IMG/VR virus record: IMGVR_UViG_3300047444_000299
Span: 128,001 to 183,070 of that record
Source: a virus
Lineage: Duplodnaviria; Heunggongvirae; Uroviricota; Caudoviricetes
Strand: one strand, 5' to 3'
DNA: 55,070 bases
In this document: in pieces, positions 20,125 through 29,733 of the stretch
Numbering within the stretch: the stretch's first letter is position 1
How the letters are laid out: every line of letters begins with the position of its first letter
Notes under the pieces: model-generated
What the model saw: only the letters and a program-made list of their open reading frames with translations
The model's database searches: none
Told to the model about the DNA's origin: nothing
Translations under genes and position numbers: made by a program

Positions 20125-21835
20125 GTCTGGTCTGGTTAATGTGTTGGGCGATTTAGCCCACGCATTACAAAACCAGAGACTGGATGAGAAACAAGCTAGG
20201 AGAGCCGACAAAGCCATCCTAGAGGAATTAAAACGAAACAGTAGATACGCCAAGAAGTCGGTGCTTAATCGTGCTGGTGGCGTTGCTAAGCGGGCAGCCG
20301 GGGGTGCATTAGGCGCTGTCGGTAAGGCAGCCGGTGGGTTTGTCGCCAAAGAGATTGGGAGTATCCCAATTGCCGGGGCGATATTCAAAATCCTTGGTAA
20401 GAAAATGGGGAATGCAAGCCTCGAACGGAAACAATATAAAAAGACTTTAGTTGTTCGCCGGAAACTTGAAATCAAAGAAATGGAGCGGATGGAAAGAATT
20501 CGCGCCAAACTTACTGAGAAACAAGAAAAGGCCGCTGAAAGATTAGGACCAGCCAATAAAAAGAACGATGGACAAGAGGAACATGGTGGGGATGGCTCCC
20601 CGGCACGTAAATCTGGCGGTGGGATGTCCGTAGCGGTTGAGAAGCTAACCGAAGCTGCAATGCATATGCAGGCAACTTCTATCTCGATGACCCCCGCAAT
20701 TCAAACCTTCCATGAAACTGTCGAAAAGATGGCGGAAGTTGTCGATGCGATGCACGATCAGAAATCAAATGATCCGGGGAAAGTTCGCGATGCAAAATTG
20801 CTTGAATACCTTCATGGCATTGATTACCTGACCCAAGAAAATGCTGCAATTGCTGAAAACTCACTTGAACTAAACAAGTCTGTTGCGAAAGACATTGGTA
20901 ATATCAAATGGCACACTGCTAGACAGAATGGCACAGTTGGTAGAATTGAGAAACTTATTCAACAGAAAGAAAGTGGTGGGGATAACAAGTTAACCGAAGT
21001 TATGGCGAAAGACATTGGCAATATCAAATGGCATGTCGCTAGACTTAATGGTTCTTCCGGTAGAAGCGAGAAATTACTTGCCGCAGCAGCAGCCGACCGG
21101 ATTAAAGAACTGGCAAACCAAGATGCCATGATCAAATTGCAGAAAGAACAATTAGATGCCCAAGAGGAATCGATGGTTATGTCTATGGCAGGTTCCGCAG
21201 CCTCGGCGGTTGGCTCCGCAGTATCTGGACTTGGATCGGCGGCTATGGCGGTTGGTGGGGCGGCGGTAGTTGGCGGTACAGCAATTGCGGGAACTATTGC
21301 GGCGGCATTGCCCGAGATTTTAGCCGGGGCAGCAATTGTTACGGCGGTTGGTGCGTTAGCGTATGGGGTATATAAAGCGGTATCGGCCAGTAGTTGGTTT
21401 AGCGGCAATAGTCAACCCAAAACCCTTAATGGGGCAGACCCGGACGAAAATCTGAAAGCTGCGAATGGTGTTGCTGCGCAAAACGGTACTCAGGATGACC
21501 CATCATACAAAACGCCGGAACAAATCGAATATGCGAAGCAGAATGGTCGTTACGCTGACAAGGCTATGTATATGGCGGCAGACCCAGCCAAACCGGGTTC
21601 ATTCAAAGCATCATCTGAAATGTACCCTTGGGAACATGATCGAATGATGTCGCAACAGGAAACCGGGCAGATCGGGGCAAAATCAGCGGAAGTTGCGGAA
21701 GCATCCGGTACGTTGAATCGTGCTGCGAATGGGAACGTAACCAGTGTGAGTAACAACCATAGCCAAACCACGAATGTTCAAACCTCGCCATTGTCAACCA
21801 GTTCTCCAACAACACCCGGCACCCCAACAAAGTGA
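20105..21835 (+). CDS. 29: Baseplate hub/tape measure protein (gp29-like)
   Basis: 576 aa, helical, Ala/Gly-rich hydrophobic segments, follows 26/51. Confidence 0.7.
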   Translation: MADNDNESGLVNVLGDLAHALQNQRLDEKQARRADKAILEELKRNSRYAKKSVLNRAGGVAKRAAGGALGAVGKAAGGFVAKEIGSIPIAGAIFKILGKKMGNASLERKQYKKTLVVRRKLEIKEMERMERIRAKLTEKQEKAAERLGPANKKNDGQEEHGGDGSPARKSGGGMSVAVEKLTEAAMHMQATSISMTPAIQTFHETVEKMAEVVDAMHDQKSNDPGKVRDAKLLEYLHGIDYLTQENAAIAENSLELNKSVAKDIGNIKWHTARQNGTVGRIEKLIQQKESGGDNKLTEVMAKDIGNIKWHVARLNGSSGRSEKLLAAAAADRIKELANQDAMIKLQKEQLDAQEESMVMSMAGSAASAVGSAVSGLGSAAMAVGGAAVVGGTAIAGTIAAALPEILAGAAIVTAVGALAYGVYKAVSASSWFSGNSQPKTLNGADPDENLKAANGVAAQNGTQDDPSYKTPEQIEYAKQNGRYADKAMYMAADPAKPGSFKASSEMYPWEHDRMMSQQETGQIGAKSAEVAEASGTLNRAANGNVTSVSNNHSQTTNVQTSPLSTSSPTTPGTPTK

Positions 21836-21842
21836 GTAAACG

Positions 21843-22364
21843 ATGACAACTCGTCCTAGCATGATTCAAAACACTTTGTCAAGCACAAACCACAAATTTG
21901 TGCTTCACAAGGCCGACACAAAAATATTTAACTGGCAAGTGCAAAAATTCGATTTGCCTGATATAAATATCAGTACGGCCAAAGCAACATCGAGTCCGAA
22001 AGTGGGATCGTGGAACATCGCAGGTACAGCTATCAATTACGATAGACTCAGGATAGAATTCCTTTTGGATGAAGACCTTGAGGCTTGGGTAGAGATAAAG
22101 CAGTGGATCAAAGAAATCGTTGATCCATACGCCAATCAACCCACGAACCTGTACAACCAAGCTGAAAGCACCGCTGCGATCCACATCATGACAAACAACC
22201 ATAGCCCTACCGGGAAGGTGTTTACGTTCAACAGGCTGTACCCTGTACGCCTTAGCGGTCCATCATATGATGTAACCGTTACAGACCCATCACCGTTGAC
22301 GTGTGTGGTTGAATTCATGTACGATACCTACGATCTTGAAATCGCGATTGGATCGACAATTTAA
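21843..22364 (+). CDS. 3: Tail completion/tube terminator gp3
   Basis: FLLDEDLEAWVEIKQWI and YPVRLSG motifs. Confidence 0.85.
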   Translation: MTTRPSMIQNTLSSTNHKFVLHKADTKIFNWQVQKFDLPDINISTAKATSSPKVGSWNIAGTAINYDRLRIEFLLDEDLEAWVEIKQWIKEIVDPYANQPTNLYNQAESTAAIHIMTNNHSPTGKVFTFNRLYPVRLSGPSYDVTVTDPSPLTCVVEFMYDTYDLEIAIGSTI

Positions 22365-22376
22365 ATTTATCAATTC

Positions 22377-22409
22377 TGTTTAGGTATGGGTCGGTTATGT
22401 GGTATAACT
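22377..22409 (+). promoter_or_regulatory. Early-type promoter TGTTTAG-N19-TATAAC
   Basis: Member of recurring promoter class with extended TGTGG. Confidence 0.65.
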
Positions 22410-22414
22410 GATCC

Positions 22415-23135
22415 ATATGAATTGATTCCCTTTCGAGGGACGTGTCCGGGGCGGTAACCCGGTTCACGTACTACCGACCACAAATGATTAAATCTTACCC
22501 TTTACCGGGCAGTCCATCCACTTTCGACCTGTAGTGAATGCAAACTGTAGAAGAACACGGCAACAGCGGGATGTGTGATACCGCTGACAATTCCTGCATC
22601 AATTCCAAAAGGTGACTATAATGCGCTGGATGTGGAAGATGCAAGCTAATGCTGTGTAAAAGGTCATTCCGATAAAATTGGAGTTGGGTGATCATCAGCC
22701 TCTAGCTGGAAGCCTAAACAATTTCATTCTCCTTTAGGATGACAGCTCTGTGAAACAGATACAACTGTCCCTGCCTCAAGATTGGTCATGCCCGATTTGA
22801 TGCAGTTCCGTAGCGTTGAGAACAGATATAAGAGCCGATAGCGTTACCCCGGCCCCCAAAAATGGGAATCTGGCATGATTATGTACGATGACGAATAGTC
22901 AAATTCGTTTTACGTTTTTCTCCTGTTTAGGAGAATTACGCCTCCAACAAACGTCAATACTTCTAAAGCTCTTAGAAGCTTCTAGATAACCCTTCGGGTT
23001 GATTGTTCCTGCGTCACAATCAATACCATTATCATAGAATCAATAGATTAGCATCGCAGATGCTGGCCGTAGGCCCAACAGAACCCTTCCAAAAATCATT
23101 GTTAAATACTTCTATACAGGTTCGCATGAACCATC
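22415..23135 (+). ncRNA. Candidate long structured non-coding RNA or origin-associated transcript
   Basis: ~720 nt without credible ORF behind a promoter; many short hairpins. Confidence 0.4.
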
Positions 23136-23152
23136 TAGGAGTTTTAAAACCA

Positions 23153-23812
23153 ATGAACATCTATACCCTATCAGCCAAAGCCCGTTGTGGCAAAGACACG
23201 GCTGCATCCCATCTATTGAAAACCATTCCCAATTCCGTTTCATATGCTTTAGCCGCTGGATTCAAAGAATCTATGGCAAAACATTTTTCTGAGTACATGT
23301 CAAGAGCTGATGTGTTCGGTGATGGCGTTGATCGAAATAATTTCATCATTTACATTGACTCTACCGATTTTGAAGAAGCCACCTATAAGGTTTTCGCTGA
23401 TTTCGGATATGATCTAAATAAATACCCACAAATTGATCTAACCCGGTACGACTTCAACGGATGGACCATTCGCAGATTGATGCAAGTCATCGGAACAGAT
23501 ATCGGAGTCAATTTAATCGATTCTCACATCTGGTTGAAAGAATTTGAATCGGATCTGTTTAGGTTGAAGCTAATCTATGATAATGTAGTCGTAACAGATT
23601 GCAGACAGCCCCATGAAATAGAATTCCTGCGTGGCTTGAACAGTACGATCATTCACATCCAGCGAAAAACCGGTTTGAGTGATTCCCATATCACCGAACG
23701 CGGCCTTGAGCCATTGGAAGGTGAATTCATCATCGACAACAATAGCACCCTGAAAGCGCTCTATGAGCAACTGGACTGGGTTGTCAAGACAGTGGATATT
23801 GAAACAGAATGA
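23153..23812 (+). CDS. 1: Deoxynucleoside monophosphate kinase gp1
   Basis: ARCGKDTAA P-loop, RRLMQVIGTD, DCRQPHE, HITE; RBS AGGAG before ATG 23153. Confidence 0.92.
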   Translation: MNIYTLSAKARCGKDTAASHLLKTIPNSVSYALAAGFKESMAKHFSEYMSRADVFGDGVDRNNFIIYIDSTDFEEATYKVFADFGYDLNKYPQIDLTRYDFNGWTIRRLMQVIGTDIGVNLIDSHIWLKEFESDLFRLKLIYDNVVVTDCRQPHEIEFLRGLNSTIIHIQRKTGLSDSHITERGLEPLEGEFIIDNNSTLKALYEQLDWVVKTVDIETE

Positions 23813-23991
23813 TACGTTGGCTACAGGAATATCAGCTACGTCGCCTCGAAAATCGATTGGTTGACGTAGCAATGGCGGATAGATTTGATACAAAGAGTCA
23901 AATCTATGCGGATGTCATCAAAGCGGACATACTCGCTTTGCGTAAAAAACTCGGGTATGAAAACCCGAATTCAACAATCTGGAAAGCATAA
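23809..23991 (+). CDS. Hypothetical protein
   Basis: 60 aa, ATGA overlap with gp1. Confidence 0.55.
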   Translation: MIRWLQEYQLRRLENRLVDVAMADRFDTKSQIYADVIKADILALRKKLGYENPNSTIWKA

Positions 23992-24044
23992 TGAAGAATT
24001 CTAAAGAATCGATCTAGGGATCGAATAAGGAAGCGGTGAATAGC

Positions 24045-24560
24045 ATGGCAGTACAGAAACAGCCCCAAACCTATACCCTGAAAGAACTGGATGTACAGGA
24101 AGTGATTGATGCAATTCAAGCTTCCAGCCAGTCTACCCGCATCTATGTGGGGGCCGACTCCAAGCGAGTGAAGAACAAGGTTGTCTACGTTACTGTCGTT
24201 TGCTTGCACTTTGATGGAAATCATGGTGGTCGAGTCTTTAAAAAGATCGAAGTCGAGCCTTGGTATGGAAACATCAAAGGCCGACTGATGAACGAGGTCT
24301 ACAAAGCAGTTGAAATGGCTTACCACCTTGTTGACCACCTCGAAGGGCGCCCATTTGAAATCCATCTGGATCTAAACCCTGACCAAGCACACAAATCCAA
24401 CTGCGCTGTAAAAGAAGCGGTTGGGTATGTCATGGGTACATTCGGATTCAAACCGAAACTGAAACCAGAGGCATGGTGCGGATCGACTGTAGCTGACCGG
24501 GACACCCTGAAAGCTGGCAAGCGATTTAAAGTTGGAAAAAGGGTTGCAGAACCTGCCTGA
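24045..24560 (+). CDS. RNase H-like YkuK-family protein
   Basis: IYVGADS, RLMNEV, EIHLDLN, STVAD motifs. Confidence 0.8.
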   Translation: MAVQKQPQTYTLKELDVQEVIDAIQASSQSTRIYVGADSKRVKNKVVYVTVVCLHFDGNHGGRVFKKIEVEPWYGNIKGRLMNEVYKAVEMAYHLVDHLEGRPFEIHLDLNPDQAHKSNCAVKEAVGYVMGTFGFKPKLKPEAWCGSTVADRDTLKAGKRFKVGKRVAEPA

Positions 24561-24606
24561 TGTTGATAACCTACGCATATCGAAACAGAATGCGTAGGTT
24601 ATCAAA

Positions 24607-25062
24607 ATGAAATTGAAATCCGCTGATGGCGTTGTAGTTGATATTCCGGTATCCCATTTGAAGCAGCATAGCGATGTGCTGGAACATCTGGGGCTGGTTA
24701 TCAGCGGCATCACCACTGGAAATCAATCCGTCATCAAAGAAGAAATTGATATGGGCCGGGTCATTGGCACAACCGATTGTGTAAAGACAGATCGATTTGA
24801 TGATATTGTCTATGCGCAGCGTGAGGGTCGGCCTTGGACTACTCGATTCGTTCTGGATCGGGAACCGGAACCTTGCAGCCACATCACGGTTGTGATGAAG
24901 CGCAACGGTGATCAGTATAAATTGCTGACTGCCTATATCGGTCGTATGGCCGAAAAGGAACCTGATGACCTGTCGATTCGTGATAACCACGAATACATGC
25001 GGGCAAAACATTACTGGGATTCCCATGCATTGGTCTGGGGTCGTCAAGAGGTTGTATCATAA
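24607..25062 (+). CDS. Hypothetical phage protein
   Basis: 151 aa; TAYIG..AEKEPDD...YWDSHALV. Confidence 0.7.
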   Translation: MKLKSADGVVVDIPVSHLKQHSDVLEHLGLVISGITTGNQSVIKEEIDMGRVIGTTDCVKTDRFDDIVYAQREGRPWTTRFVLDREPEPCSHITVVMKRNGDQYKLLTAYIGRMAEKEPDDLSIRDNHEYMRAKHYWDSHALVWGRQEVVS

Positions 25063-25265
25063 TGGTCTACACAAGTGCTGGTGGTGAATGGTTCACCCAA
25101 TCTGAAATTGATGGATTGGCTCAGGGATACGCCCAAGGTCGTCTATCAGAGTGGATGTTGCTTGATGCACTGGATGATGACGACAAGCTGGTACAAGCCG
25201 TCAAAGAGCGTTCCAAGCAGCTTGATGCTGTAGATACCGGCGAACCTGTTACGGGTTTGATCTAA
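25062..25265 (+). CDS. Hypothetical protein
   Basis: 67 aa, TAATG coupling. Confidence 0.6.
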   Translation: MVYTSAGGEWFTQSEIDGLAQGYAQGRLSEWMLLDALDDDDKLVQAVKERSKQLDAVDTGEPVTGLI

Positions 25266-25273
25266 TTATAAAC

Positions 25274-25349
25274 GCATCGGTAGCTTATTGGTAAAGCGGC
25301 GTGGCTCATAACCGTGAGGATTGGGGTTCGATTCCCTTCCGATGCACCA
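25274..25349 (+). tRNA. tRNA-Met/Ile2 (CAT)
   Basis: GCATCGG/CCGATGC acceptor, loop CTCATAA, TTCGATT, ACCA. Confidence 0.85.
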
Positions 25350-25366
25350 TTTTTCGTGAGAATTTT

Positions 25367-25579
25367 ATGTCAATTCTTCATTGCAAGCATGGCGACAAAA
25401 TCAGATTCACGGGTAACGGTGGTTATGAATCTGATAAATTCCGTGCAGACAAATACCTGACCGTGGATGAAATTTATACCTTGGATATCATCGACATGGG
25501 TGATTACTTTTCCGATGTGTATCTGGTAGAAGTGCCGCACATCGATTTCAACACTTGCATGTTCGAGATTGTAGAATGA
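25367..25579 (+). CDS. Hypothetical protein (paralog A)
   Basis: ATG at 25367 after tRNA; ends VPHIDFNTCMFE. Confidence 0.65.
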   Translation: MSILHCKHGDKIRFTGNGGYESDKFRADKYLTVDEIYTLDIIDMGDYFSDVYLVEVPHIDFNTCMFEIVE

Positions 25580-25809
25580 ATACCCCAATCGTGGCAGGTT
25601 CCAAAGTAAAATTCATTGGTCAATTCGGCCATGCCGGGGAAATCGCGGAAGGCTATCGACTGTTGAAAGCCGATACCGAATACACCGTGAACTATGTTCA
25701 TACCCCGAACCCATTCAACACATTTCTGTTTCTGGACGGTGTACCGGGGCATGGTTTCAATATGGTGATGTTCGAACCGGTGGAGGTTGTTGAATGCATT
25801 TCCCACTGA
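25576..25809 (+). CDS. Hypothetical protein (paralog B)
   Basis: ATGA overlap; ends VPGHGFNMVMFE. Confidence 0.65.
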   Translation: MNTPIVAGSKVKFIGQFGHAGEIAEGYRLLKADTEYTVNYVHTPNPFNTFLFLDGVPGHGFNMVMFEPVEVVECISH

Positions 25810-25928
25810 TGTGTCGCTTGTTCGGGCACAAGTTCATCTTGCGGATGGAATTCATGGGCACTTGCACTGGTCGTGTGGAATTCCATAAATTTGATCGCTG
25901 CCTTCGCTGCGGGTATCTACCAGAATGA
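25809..25928 (+). CDS. Small Cys/His protein (MCRLFGHK...CLRCG)
   Basis: Manual translation, TGATG coupling. Confidence 0.5.
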   Translation: MCRLFGHKFILRMEFMGTCTGRVEFHKFDRCLRCGYLPE

Positions 25929-26227
25929 AATCCAAAAAGATTTCCCAGCAAGAGCGTAACCGCCGAAACCTGCAATCCCTGAATAGCAAGGGGAATGTTC
26001 GGTACGATCTTGACGGCAATTTAATCAAATTCCACTACAACAAATCCAATAAGGGTTATCGGGTGGAACATGAAAATTGATGGAAAACATCCGGTCAGGC
26101 AGCAATGCCGGGATCAAATCCGTCATGTGAAATTACACGGTTCGATTACGCTAACAGAAGCTGAGTTCTGCGCGATGATTGCAAAAATCGAACAAATTGT
26201 CCCCAAGAAAAGGCAACATACATCCTC

Positions 26228-26470
26228 ATGGAAAGGCAATCGTTAGAAAAGATGCACACCCGCCAATTGATTGATAAACTGCGCAGCACCCGTGCCAGTA
26301 TGACTTTGATCAATGGTCTGTATGGCGAACCAACCCCAGAACAGCGGGAAGCTGTTGAAGCCGATGTGAATTTGATTAAATCGGTTCTGGCTACCCGTGA
26401 ACATGTACCGGGTAAGGCCGAAGCGAAACAGATTCGCCAGTACAAACAACACCGGAAGCAAACTCGATGA
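26228..26470 (+). CDS. Hypothetical protein
   Basis: 80 aa; IKSVLATREHVP. Confidence 0.65.
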   Translation: MERQSLEKMHTRQLIDKLRSTRASMTLINGLYGEPTPEQREAVEADVNLIKSVLATREHVPGKAEAKQIRQYKQHRKQTR

Positions 26471-26612
26471 AGAACAAACCAGAAATCGTTGTGCAGAAAC
26501 GCCAAGAGCGAACTGTGGTGGAACCAGTCGGACAGAAATGTAGCTGTGGGAAACGCCCGGTTCACAAGTGTGTCAAGGAATCTGGCACCGGTCACGGTAA
26601 GATGTGTTTCGT

Positions 26613-26819
26613 ATGAGCCTGATCAAAGCAAGCTCTGTGGTCACCAAGACCACCACCGCATCCCTCAATGCCGAAGACATCAAGAAATTGATCGCGGCTG
26701 ATCTGGGGGTTGAACCTCGATGTGTTTCGTTGACGTTCAAATTACAATCCGATGAATGGGATGGCCCCGGCCATTCAACCCATTCATTCAGTTCAATCGA
26801 AGTCAAGGTAGTAGAATGA
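26613..26819 (+). CDS. Hypothetical protein
   Basis: ATG at 26613 in coupled small-ORF run. Confidence 0.6.
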   Translation: MSLIKASSVVTKTTTASLNAEDIKKLIAADLGVEPRCVSLTFKLQSDEWDGPGHSTHSFSSIEVKVVE

Positions 26820-27055
26820 AAACAAGAATTGCAATGATCTGCCTTATGGCAATCGCATTGGTCGGTTGTGATGCGGATGGGACAAGTGCGGCTGGTCGCT
26901 ATGCTACCACCTTGAATAGCACTGCCGGGTATCTGAATGCGAAAGATGTCGGGCGTGGATACGTGATGTATCAAATTGATAATGGCGCGGTGACATGCCG
27001 AGAGCATGTACGTCGTTCCGAACTGACCTGTTGGTTAAACGCTCACGGTGGATAA
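26816..27055 (+). CDS. Putative small lipoprotein
   Basis: MKTRIAMICLMAIALVGC lipobox. Confidence 0.65.
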   Translation: MKTRIAMICLMAIALVGCDADGTSAAGRYATTLNSTAGYLNAKDVGRGYVMYQIDNGAVTCREHVRRSELTCWLNAHGG

Positions 27056-27129
27056 TTTGATCAAATTCATTTACGACAACTATTCTCGATTTTGAAGTTC
27101 AATCCCGAACTTCTCAAGAGAGAATACGC

Positions 27130-27501
27130 ATGTCAAGAACAACACGTCGCGGTAAACCAAGCCGCCAATACCATCGTTACATCGGGTTGGGTGTAATCTG
27201 TCACGAAAACCGTAAGTGGTACTCCTACTGGTCGATGCCACATCACCAAGGACATCTGTACTGGAAAGACGGCGCAGACGATCAGACCACCTACGAAGAA
27301 TACACCGCTCTGGAAATCCGCAAGTACCACATGGATTACAGACCACGTAGCAAATGCCCCGGCTATTACCACCGTGTTGATACGCTTCGCCAGAAACGTC
27401 AACATAAAGCGGCACTGGGTCAGGCAATGCGTACCGGTGATTTCGATGTCGTTTTGGAGTCGTACACCAACGAAGCCAAGCGTATGTGGGAATGGTACTG
27501 A
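27130..27501 (+). CDS. Hypothetical basic protein
   Basis: 123 aa; MSRTTRR N-terminus. Confidence 0.7.
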   Translation: MSRTTRRGKPSRQYHRYIGLGVICHENRKWYSYWSMPHHQGHLYWKDGADDQTTYEEYTALEIRKYHMDYRPRSKCPGYYHRVDTLRQKRQHKAALGQAMRTGDFDVVLESYTNEAKRMWEWY

Positions 27502-27528
27502 AAAATATTTTTCAAAATTTTTGCATTT

Positions 27529-27561
27529 TGTTTAGATTTTGAGAAATTTGTGGTATAAATA
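27529..27561 (+). promoter_or_regulatory. Early-type promoter overlapping late TATAAATA
   Basis: TGTTTAG-N18-TATAAA; TATAAATA at 27554-27561. Confidence 0.75.
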
Positions 27562-27655
27562 GAAGTACAGAAGCAGGAATTGTTGTCTTCGGACTCCCCC
27601 AGCTTCGACACCGGCCCTGTCAGGAATGACATATTATCAATCGTGGCCGGTCTTT

Positions 27656-27729
27656 AGGTTAGTAGTGTAATGGCAACACCAGTGATTCCAAATCACTTAT
27701 TCGCGGTTCGAGTCCGTGCTAACCTGCCA
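27656..27729 (+). tRNA. tRNA-Trp (CCA)
   Basis: AGGTTAG/CTAACCT, loop TTCCAAA, GCCA end. Confidence 0.9.
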
Positions 27730-27741
27730 ACTAAATAGTAC

Positions 27742-28206
27742 ATGAATAAAATTTATGTACTTCCCGACGATCAGTTTCTAACACTGGTCGCGTCTTGCAC
27801 CTCATACACTGAGGTTCTTCAAAAGCTTGGACTATCTCCCCGTGGTGGTACAAGCTCCAAGCTTTTGAAGAAACGCCTAATCGAACTAAAATGTTCGACA
27901 TCCCATTTCAAACCCCAACATGCAAACGCCCAAGCGAAAGCACAGCCGCTATCCACTATTCTTGTGGAGAATTCCGCGTACACGAATATCAATCGTATGA
28001 AAATTCGAATCATCCGCGATGGTTTGATGCAATACGAATGTACTGAATGTGGTCTTGGCCCAGAATGGAACGGGAAACCTATCACTCTGCAATTGGATCA
28101 TATCAACGGTATCCATGACGACCACCGGTTGACTAACCTTCGGTTCCTGTGTCCTAATTGCCATTCCCAGACCGATAGCTTTGCCGGTCGCAACAAACCA
28201 AAATAA
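27742..28206 (+). CDS. HNH endonuclease
   Basis: CTECG...LQLDHING..DHRLTNLRFLCPNCH. Confidence 0.92.
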   Translation: MNKIYVLPDDQFLTLVASCTSYTEVLQKLGLSPRGGTSSKLLKKRLIELKCSTSHFKPQHANAQAKAQPLSTILVENSAYTNINRMKIRIIRDGLMQYECTECGLGPEWNGKPITLQLDHINGIHDDHRLTNLRFLCPNCHSQTDSFAGRNKPK

Positions 28207-28217
28207 ATTTGAAAAAG

Positions 28218-28248
28218 TGTTTAGAATCTGTTTCGATCATGGTATGCT
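28218..28248 (+). promoter_or_regulatory. Early-type promoter for the DUF2828 gene
   Basis: TGTTTAG-N18-TATGCT. Confidence 0.7.
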
Positions 28249-28295
28249 TTGCACATCGAAACAGAATATATTGAATCCATTGTGAGGAATTTGTA

Positions 28296-29696
28296 ATGAG
28301 CTACCAGAACCTGACCCAAACCACTAACGGCATGGCCGCTGTGAAATCGTCCCTGAATGCGTGTGTTGATCTGTTCGCACAGATTGGTAACGCCCGTACC
28401 CGTGACATTACCCCGGCTTTCCTGAAAGCCCTGCGTGAAGACCAGAACATTGCAATGCGTGTTCTGCAATGGTCGCGTGACATTCGCGGTGGTGCCGGTG
28501 AACGTGACACATTCCGTAAGCTTCTGGTTTCACTGACCGATGGTGGGCATACCGATCTGGTTGTTCGACTGATCGCCAAGGTTCCTGAAATTGGCCGTTG
28601 GGATGACCTGTTTGTTCTGATCGGTAAATCGTTGCATATCGATTCCATCATTGCCGAAACCTTCGCACAAGCTCTGGTTGAGAAGAATGGGCTTTGCGCA
28701 AAATGGTTACCGCGTGAAGGCAAGAAGTATTCCCGGTTCTTCATGAATTCGTTTGAATTGACCGAGCGTCAATACCGTAAACTGATCGTCGGTCTGTCCA
28801 AGACTGTTGAACAGCAAATGTGTGCCCAGCAATGGGATCAGATTGAATTCGGTAAAATCCCGTCGCTGGCTGCGAAGAACTACCAGAAGGCGTTCCATCG
28901 TAATGCCCCTGAGCAGTATCAGGAATACATCGACGGTCTGGCCTCGGGTAAAACCAAGATCAATGCCGGTGCGATCTTCCCATATGATGTAATTCGTGGG
29001 TTGAACGGTATTCAGGGTGTTGCGGATGCACAGTGGAAGGCTCTGCCTGACTACATGGCAGAATCGACCGAAAACCTGTTGGCAATCGTTGACGTATCGT
29101 CTTCGATGAACACTCGGGTATCGGACAACCTGACCGCGATGGAAGTTGCTGTGTCGTTGGGTATGTATGTTGCAGAACGCTCTAAAGGCGCGTTCAAAGA
29201 CAAGTTCCTGACATTCGATAGCAATCCTCGTCTGATCGACCTGAGCAACGCACGTAGCCTGACAGAACGTGTACGCATCACTCGATCTGCACCGTGGGGT
29301 GGTTCTACCGATCTGGAAAAAACGTTCAAACTGATTCTGGAAACTGCGGTTCAAAACCGTGTTCCGGCTTCCGATATGCCAACCAAGATCATTCTTTGGT
29401 CTGACATGCAGTTCAATTCTGCAATGAAAGGTGGCGAGTGGGGCAAAGAATCCGCGTACATCATGATCGACAACATGTACGCGAAGCATGGCTACAAACG
29501 TCCTGAAATCATTTTCTGGATCGTTGCTGCCAACCAACCGAATTTCCCAGTGACTTTCGGTGCCGGACGCACTGCCATGCTGTCGGGTTTCAGCCCTGCA
29601 ATCATGAAAGCTGTTCTGGCGAATTCGAGTGTTCCTGAAATGACTCCAATGTCTATGATGTTGGATGCCGTGAACATCGAACGCTACGACTGGTAA
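28296..29696 (+). CDS. DUF2828-family helical domain + C-terminal vWA protein (TROVE/Ro60-like architecture)
   Basis: TxNG start, RDIRGGAGER, GRWDDL, AKWLPREG; MIDAS DVSSS, T in GGSTD, D in WSDMQF. Confidence 0.82.
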   Translation: MSYQNLTQTTNGMAAVKSSLNACVDLFAQIGNARTRDITPAFLKALREDQNIAMRVLQWSRDIRGGAGERDTFRKLLVSLTDGGHTDLVVRLIAKVPEIGRWDDLFVLIGKSLHIDSIIAETFAQALVEKNGLCAKWLPREGKKYSRFFMNSFELTERQYRKLIVGLSKTVEQQMCAQQWDQIEFGKIPSLAAKNYQKAFHRNAPEQYQEYIDGLASGKTKINAGAIFPYDVIRGLNGIQGVADAQWKALPDYMAESTENLLAIVDVSSSMNTRVSDNLTAMEVAVSLGMYVAERSKGAFKDKFLTFDSNPRLIDLSNARSLTERVRITRSAPWGGSTDLEKTFKLILETAVQNRVPASDMPTKIILWSDMQFNSAMKGGEWGKESAYIMIDNMYAKHGYKRPEIIFWIVAANQPNFPVTFGAGRTAMLSGFSPAIMKAVLANSSVPEMTPMSMMLDAVNIERYDW

Positions 29697-29705
29697 TCCT
29701 TTACC

Positions 29706-29726
29706 GGGTGGGGCAACCCACCCTTT
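29706..29726 (+). terminator. Hairpin after DUF2828 gene
   Basis: GGGTGGG-GCAA-CCCACCC-TTT. Confidence 0.55.
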
Positions 29727-29733
29727 AGGTGAT

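Noticed and set aside
23003-23152. N-terminal extension of dNMP kinase in the ORF track
   Set aside because: RBS and P-loop position support ATG 23153; the same applies to extended starts listed for genes 2, 54, 55 and ORFs overlapping tRNAs
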